Origin: Takakia lepidozioides
Lineage: Eukaryota > Plantae > Bryophyta
Length of the DNA: 64,000 nt
Direction: 5' to 3'
NCBI GenBank assembly: GCA_030704615.1
Contig: CM060732.1
Coordinates: forward strand, 24,676,001-24,740,000
The notes below the pieces were generated by a model, which saw nothing but the letters and a program-made list of their open reading frames with translations, was not told where the DNA came from and searched no databases. Shown here one piece after another: positions 57,385 through 64,000 of the stretch (its first letter is position 1; every line of letters starts with the position of its first letter). The position numbers were made by a program, and so were the translations under genes.

Positions 57385-60307
57385 TGACTAGGCTTTGAGT
57401 GTTGCCACTTACTAGGTCTCCTTACATTCGTGGAGTTACTCATCAGATTCTAAGAGCATGTGGCACAATTCCCTCTTGGGTGTATATACACCGAAAAAGA
57501 AAATATGGTCGAAGCATTTGATGAATGAGCACTGACATCTGAGTGAGTTTTGAGTCCCTTCATTCCAGTCTAAAGAATGTTTGATTTCATGCTCATGATG
57601 TTCATTCAGGAATCAGATTGTCTGTCTCCCCTGCTTGCATTGGCCAAGCTCCTGAACCATTGGTCAAGGTAAAGGAGCCCATGACAGTCTAGAGTCAGAC
57701 AAATTCACCCATGTTTCCTATGTTTGGAAGTTGATGTGGTGGAGTTACTACCAGATTACAGAATTCTGTAGGCAAATGATTCTACGCTCCAGACAGGTTG
57801 ACTGTGAGCTTTCAGGTTGGCTACACTTTGGACAGCTGCACCCATTAGACATGGGCGCCCACTTTTCGGGTCCCCGACCAATGCTGGAGGTGGGGAGGGG
57901 ATCAATCAAACCATTTCTATTAGCAGCACTGAGGAGGAGCACCATCATGGAAGTAATCAGTAATGTGGCGTGCAAATGTTTTCAGATCATGAGGGTTGCC
58001 TGAAGCTTTCATCAATCCTTCAGAATTTGTAGAGCTTGGCATCTGTTTAAAGCTTAATACTATCATCACCCCACTGTCTGCTCGAGAGCAACGTCCGGGT
58101 GTTCTTAGCTACTCCGATTGCTGCTCCGCATTTGAGATATGCAGGGACTTGTAGTCAATGCTGGAGTTATCCACATCACCTTCCTTGCCAATTTCTCTCT
58201 TTCAGGGTTTCAGTCAAGAAACAAATGGGATGGAGGCCCTGCGAAGTGCTACACACATGATTTATTGTATTCACCTTCGTTTACAGACTCCTGCCAACAT
58301 CAAGTTGGAAAGTGGATGCCCACTCTTCACTCTTTCTCTTAAGAGTATACATCCTCTGCTCTCTCCACATTTTCTCCCGCCCAGCTCCTATTTTTGTAAG
58401 TCTGTACCTAGCTGATGAGAGCCCAAGGCGACGGCATTCTGTGCGCTCCTCTGTAAGATCCAAGTCGCATGAGATTGAGATTTTTTCTGTTCCAAGCCAA
58501 TTACGAGGCTATAGATGCCACAAAGGTCAAAGTTTATGGACAGGGGATGAGCAAGAAGTCCAGCTGGAGATAGAAAAAAATGAGTGGACATGTCCGTCCA
58601 GCATTCAACTAGGAAGTTGCCAGCAGAGGCAAGTAGCCAGAAAGCCAGAATATGGATGAGGAGGAGGTTTGGAATTCGTTCTACAGCTTCGGTGGAACAA
58701 ACAATTCAATAACAGGGGATTTGAGGTGGGAAGGTGGGACTTTGAGGCAGTAACGTGAAGACATGTTATGTTACAGAGAAGCAGACAAGAAGATGCAGTG
58801 AAACCACGTACACTACACACGGCAGACCGCTGCCATACTTGACATACATAAGGTGGAGAGGTTACGCATCACTGCGGAGATGGACATATACCAGGATGTC
58901 AATCTCAGCCCTTCAACACACTTGTTTCGTTGACGCAGCATGAAAAGTTTGGCCTTCTTGTCGGCACTCGACACCCTTTTTTTTTGGTTGAGACTTGAGA
59001 CCCGAACCTTGGGGAATTTAGTATCCAGTGGAGGAATAGTCCTCATAGCGTTTGTATGCAAGGACTATTTCCCTCAGTCTGCTACCCACCTCACCAATTC
59101 AGCATAGGAACTAGTGTCGGGTCACGCGATTGTAACTACGGTTTGTCATTGTCGGCCAGAATACGCAGGGAAAGGTAAAGGAGGGAGGGATGGAATGTGG
59201 GTGCAGACCCCCCCAAAACGACAAAATTTCAAGCACAATAGTACCAACGAGGCAGATTGCTAGCGAGAAGAAACTGGTATGAATCGAGGTCCGGCCGGAG
59301 AAGGAGGCAGCTAGCGGTACGTAGCAAGAAAGAGAGCTATGAGATGGATCAGGTTAAAACTGAAACGTTGCTTCAAAATGTTGAGGCTTACTTCATCCTC
59401 TATGATAACTGCAGCTTTGCCCCTCTTTTTGCCCATTAAAATTTCCACTCTCCTGCTCTCTTGTGTGTTTGACATGTTATGGCTACTGCTTGCAGGCAAA
59501 TGTCCACAGAGCCAAAATATAGACATGGAGAAACTTTGGAATGACTCTTTTGGAGATCGCACTCAATGGGGGAACAATCAAGGCAGTAAGGTCAACCCCT
59601 GTTACATTGCATCAGAAGGCAGACCACCACAAGAACTTTCTTGCAGATTCATGAAAGTGCCCAGTCTCCCTCTTCTGTCTCACAAGGAGGCAGGGCCGTG
59701 GGTGCAGAACAATTCTGAGGGACCAGATGTCAATGAACCACTGTGGATCGGTGGTAGGGGGTCGATCGAAGACGCCCGCAAGCCCTGGCAGAGGGGAATT
59801 GTTGTATGTTAATTGCACCTCTTTTACAGATGCAGATCTCACTGACATCTCTTTGTCGGTTTCATGGGTGGACTGAGCCACTCATTGCATATCACAAAAA
59901 GTGGAGCTCTTGTGTTTGTGAAGACGGGGATAGTTCCTTTTCGCTCTTTCGACAGACACAACAGAAAAGGTTCTGGGCTTGCAGGGTGCATACGTATATA
60001 ATGGGGAGTTTTACCCAGATGTTGTAACTTTTGGCAGTGTAAAGTGGAAAACGGTTGTTAGAAATAGTTGTTGGTACTTGATGCATAAAAGGACAGCCAC
60101 AGCATTGCAGCTAGTGTCCAATTTGCTACACTCAGCTAGATGCATGCACTTTCATACTGTGTCTGGAAGGGTAATCAGCTCAGAAACCCTGTAGCACGGA
60201 GTACGTTCTTGCGTAATGGATCTTTCTTGGAAGTATGTAGGACGTTTGAGGTATATTGTGTGAGTGAGTATCAAGGTTTCTAACAAAAGAATTTTGAGTG
60301 ATGCAGG

Positions 60308-62524
60308 ATGGCAGGGTTGAGTCGGCCACAGTTGGTTGAATCAGGCACTTCCACCATGAACACTGGATTTGACAGAGGACCAAAAGAGGAAGTACAAAAA
60401 TATTCTTCTTATGGAGATATCAGGACACTATGTAGAGCAGGACAACTGAAAGAGGTGCTGCACATTTTGAACCAAGGAGGCATTTTGGCAGACTCCAATG
60501 CTTATGTCTGTCTCTTGCAGGAGTGTATCAACAGGAGACGTCTAGCAGAGGGAAAGCAGGTGCACGCCCATATTATCCAAAGTGGAGTCAAGCCAAACAT
60601 TTTTCTACTCAACACCATTATCAACATGTACATCAAATGCGGGAGCATGAAGGATGCACGTTGTATGTTTGACAGTTTGAGTAACCCAGATGTAGTCTCA
60701 TGGAATGCAATGATCGCAGGATATGCTCAGCATGGGTGTGGTATGGAGGCTTTCGAGATGTATGAGAAAATGATAGGGGAAGGGGTGATGCCCAACAGGG
60801 TCACATTCATTTGTGTTCTTAAGGCGTGTGCCACCCGGGCAGTCCTGGACAAGGGCATAGAGGTCCACACTCACATCATCAGAGCTGGAATTCTGCCAGA
60901 TATATCTTTGGAGACTGCTTTGGCTGCCATGTATGGCAAATGTGGGAACATGAAGGATGCACAACGAGTCTTTGATAGTATGGCTCAACGAAATGTAGTC
61001 TCGTGGAGTGTAATGATCACAGGATATGCTCAGCATCGGCATGGTAGGAAGGCTTTGGAGATGTACAAGCAAATGATAGTAGAAGGGGTGATGCCTGACG
61101 GGGTCACGTTCATTTGTGTTCTCAATGCATGTGCAAGTCTGGCAGCCCTTGGAAATGGCAGAGAGGTCCATGCTGACATTATCAAAGCTGGAATCGCACC
61201 TGATCTAATTCTGGAGAATACGCTGGTCGACATGTATGCCAAATGTGGGAGCATAAAGGATGCTCGTCAAGTATTTCAGAATATGGTTAAGCGAGATGTG
61301 GTCTCCTGGAGTGCAATGATGGCAGGATATGCTCAGCGCGGGGACGGTAGGGAGGCTATTAATTTGTATGACCAAATGATACGGGAAGGGGTGACCCCAA
61401 ACCAGGTAACATTTGTTTCTGTATTGAATGCCTGTGCCAGCCTTGCAGCCCTTGAAAAAGGTAAAGAGGTCCATGCTGACATCCTCAAAGCCAGATTTGA
61501 GCCAAATATCATTCTGGAGAATACGCTTATTGACATGTATGCCAAATGTGGGAGTGGAAAGGATGCACGTGGAGTGTTCAATAATATGGGTAATCGAGAT
61601 GTGGTTTCATGGAGTGCAATGATTGCAGGATATGCACAGCATGGCTGTGGTAGGGAGAGCCTTCAACTATTTGAACAAATGCAACTGGAAGGCTTGAAAC
61701 CAAACAGTATCACCTTTATAGGTGTCCTCTCTGCATGTAGCCATGTGGGCTTGGTGGACGAAGGCCGCCATTATTTCGATTCTATGCGTCATGATCATGG
61801 CCTGACTCCTACAGTGGAGCATTTTGGATGCATGGTGGACCTTCTTGGCCGTGCAGGGCGACTGGATGAGGCAGAGGACTTCATTATCAAAATGCCAATC
61901 CAACCAGCTGTTGCAGTGTGGGGGGCCTTGCTTGGTGCCTGCAGAATTCATGGGAATGTGCAGGTAGCAGAACGTGCAGCAAAATGCCTTCTTCAGTGGG
62001 ATCCACAGGATGCTTCAACTTATGTGCTCCTATCAAACATCTATGCTGCAGCTGGCAGGTGGGATGATACTGCGAAGGTGAGAAAAATGATGAAGGACAG
62101 AGGGGTTAGAAAGGAGCCAGGTTGCTGCTGGATCGAGGTGGAGAGCCAGGTGCACACATTTGTTGTAGATGACAAGTCACATCCACAAATTGAGGATATC
62201 TATGCTGAGCTTAAGACATTGGCGGGGCAGATGAAGGAGGCTGGTTACTTGCCTGACACACGGTTTGTATTGCGTGATGTCAAGGAGGGGCAAAAGACGT
62301 TTTCGCTTTGCCACCACAGTGAGAAGCTCGCCATAGCTTTTGGGCTCCTCCGCACGTCTCCTGGAACACCTCTGCGTCTCCTCAAGAACCTTCGGGTGTG
62401 TGGCGACTGCCACACTGCCACCAAGTTCATCTCGAAGATTGTAGGGCGAGAAATTGTTGTACGTGATGCAAACCGCTTTCATCACTTTCAAGATGGGTTT
62501 TGCTCTTGTGGGGAGTATTGGTGA
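60308..62524 (+). CDS. PLS-class pentatricopeptide repeat protein with E and DYW deaminase domains (organellar C-to-U RNA editing factor)
   Basis: Uninterrupted 738 aa ORF. P-L-S triplets (VVSWNAMIAGYAQHG / VTFICVLKACA / LENTLVDMYAKCG), PG box PGCCWIEV, HSEKLA...CGDCH zinc site, ends CSCGEYW. Confidence 0.97.
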   Translation: MAGLSRPQLVESGTSTMNTGFDRGPKEEVQKYSSYGDIRTLCRAGQLKEVLHILNQGGILADSNAYVCLLQECINRRRLAEGKQVHAHIIQSGVKPNIFLLNTIINMYIKCGSMKDARCMFDSLSNPDVVSWNAMIAGYAQHGCGMEAFEMYEKMIGEGVMPNRVTFICVLKACATRAVLDKGIEVHTHIIRAGILPDISLETALAAMYGKCGNMKDAQRVFDSMAQRNVVSWSVMITGYAQHRHGRKALEMYKQMIVEGVMPDGVTFICVLNACASLAALGNGREVHADIIKAGIAPDLILENTLVDMYAKCGSIKDARQVFQNMVKRDVVSWSAMMAGYAQRGDGREAINLYDQMIREGVTPNQVTFVSVLNACASLAALEKGKEVHADILKARFEPNIILENTLIDMYAKCGSGKDARGVFNNMGNRDVVSWSAMIAGYAQHGCGRESLQLFEQMQLEGLKPNSITFIGVLSACSHVGLVDEGRHYFDSMRHDHGLTPTVEHFGCMVDLLGRAGRLDEAEDFIIKMPIQPAVAVWGALLGACRIHGNVQVAERAAKCLLQWDPQDASTYVLLSNIYAAAGRWDDTAKVRKMMKDRGVRKEPGCCWIEVESQVHTFVVDDKSHPQIEDIYAELKTLAGQMKEAGYLPDTRFVLRDVKEGQKTFSLCHHSEKLAIAFGLLRTSPGTPLRLLKNLRVCGDCHTATKFISKIVGREIVVRDANRFHHFQDGFCSCGEYW

Positions 62525-64000
62525 ACCAAGCAACATGCATGAAAGCCTCTCCTTAAGTCATTAGGATGGAGAAGACTAAAGCTTCTCCTGACATTGTAAA
62601 CAAAGAAGAGCAAAAGAAAGGAGCAATCAGGACTGTTATGAGATGCATTCAGCTATCTTGTATCCTCACAATCTCCTTATCTTCCTTGTCAATTTGCAGA
62701 AATTTAAATCGGTGAATTTGATTTGACCACCATGTAACACCATCCATTCTAATATAGTAGATATAAGCTATACTGCAGTTCTAGAGCTCATGGTCATGGT
62801 GGAGTGTGCGTTCTCAATAAAATGTCTAGAAATTACCTTGAAGTTTTTCAGATTCATTATACAACTCATAACTTTTCATGCCTCTTAAAAACTGTTCGGA
62901 CTTTCCTTTGCCAACTCAATATAATCATATAATCTTCAATTTTTAATTTTTACCATCTCAATTTTTTTTGAGGTGATAGCAGAGCAAGGTAGCTCACATT
63001 CTATATGGTCAGTTTTGTGGGATAGAGTAATTTCCAAAGTTGGTGCCCTTTTAGCGCCTTGAAGTAGAGTTTTGGAGCAAAAAACTGCTTGGACACTTGG
63101 GGGTTCCTATGTGTGACACGAAAAGGTGCCAGTGGAGAGAGAGTGTGAAGGCGCAGTCAACATGAATGAGAGCACTTCCCATTGTGACTACTGGCTCCGT
63201 TCAGGTTTGATGAGGAATCCAAAATATCACAATTAGTAAGTGTCATCCTTTGAAAGAGAAAGGGAACAAACTGGAGTCGACAAACAATATGCTATCATTG
63301 CAATAACTGAATGTGACCTTCCAAATCTTCGAAGGCAAATAATACATTTCTCACATATGCTAGTGCATGCCAATGAAAGAGACAAGACCTTCTTGACCTA
63401 TGACCAAGCAAGCCTCCTTTCCTGGAAAGTAACAACTAACACCAGATGACTGCAGATTGATACTTCAAAAAATAATTGGAAAGAGGATTGCCATTGCCAA
63501 AAATGGCTTTCAAAACAGTAGTAGCCACCACGCAAATTGATATGTACAGACTTCCATAAAGTGAGCCTATTAGCAATTATCAAGGTTGCAGAACCAGTGT
63601 TATGGCCCGAAAAAGACAAGCTTATACTGTCCCTACCACTGTCAGCTCCTTTTATCCAAATCACTACAGTAATAATGTGCCCTAACACTGCAAAGGTCTG
63701 TCTTCAGGCTACCTAGCATAACTGCACTACCAGTACTAGATATGATCCAATGTTGGGATGTGATGAGACGCAGAACTTCCAGCTATCAAAAACCATGACA
63801 TTGCCAACTTCCCCTGCCATTGAGAAGCTGAAAAAACCTGTCCAAGGATCTCTTTCAAGCTGCATGGCAATAAAGAATGAAGAGGGGTTGTTGTAGATAA
63901 AATTGGCAATGAGAAATAAGGGGACTTCCATGTTAAGTGGCCTACTTCCAGCATGTCGTGATCCACCTCTCATTCACATGCTAGCTTTGTATCAAAGCTG

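Noticed and set aside
57400-60300. Additional gene between PIEZO and the PPR gene
   Set aside because: Only short ORFs with no recognisable domain or consistent exon chain were found. The region may be decayed TE sequence, but that cannot be supported.
62200-62524. U-to-C (KP-type) editing factor or novel terminus because the protein ends in EYW
   Set aside because: The PG box and HSEK motif are of the standard C-to-U type, and EYW is a minor variant of DYW.

Overview
Eukaryotic nuclear DNA from a land plant, probably bryophyte-grade (inferred from the intron-rich APR and PIEZO genes and a PLS-DYW PPR gene). From left to right: (1) a 5.5 kb array of a 52-53 bp satellite; (2) a 416 bp piggyBac-type MITE with TTAA TSD; (3) a complex modular repeat; (4) a 20.2 kb PIF/Harbinger transposon (12675-32874, TTA TSD) carrying Myb/SANT and DDE transposase genes plus captured WD40 gene exons; (5) nested inside the Harbinger, an 11.9 kb retroelement (20038-31941, ACCT TSD); (6) host genes for APS reductase, PIEZO and a DYW-PPR editing factor. 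The nested retroelement is the main discovery. It has a Gypsy-type gag-PR-RT-RNaseH-DDE integrase core, a DNMT3-like C5 cytosine methyltransferase between PR and RT, and a PHD finger on the integrase. Its ends are split direct repeats (B-ORFs-A-B-A) rather than two LTRs. It also has an internal palindromic copy of its own end-to-end junction, a 17 bp self-priming PBS, and a UAG-CAA-CCA readthrough-type stop ahead of RT. The layout is what integration of a two-LTR circle cut at an LTR-internal att site would produce; this mechanism is inference. All calls were made by eye, with no database searches.
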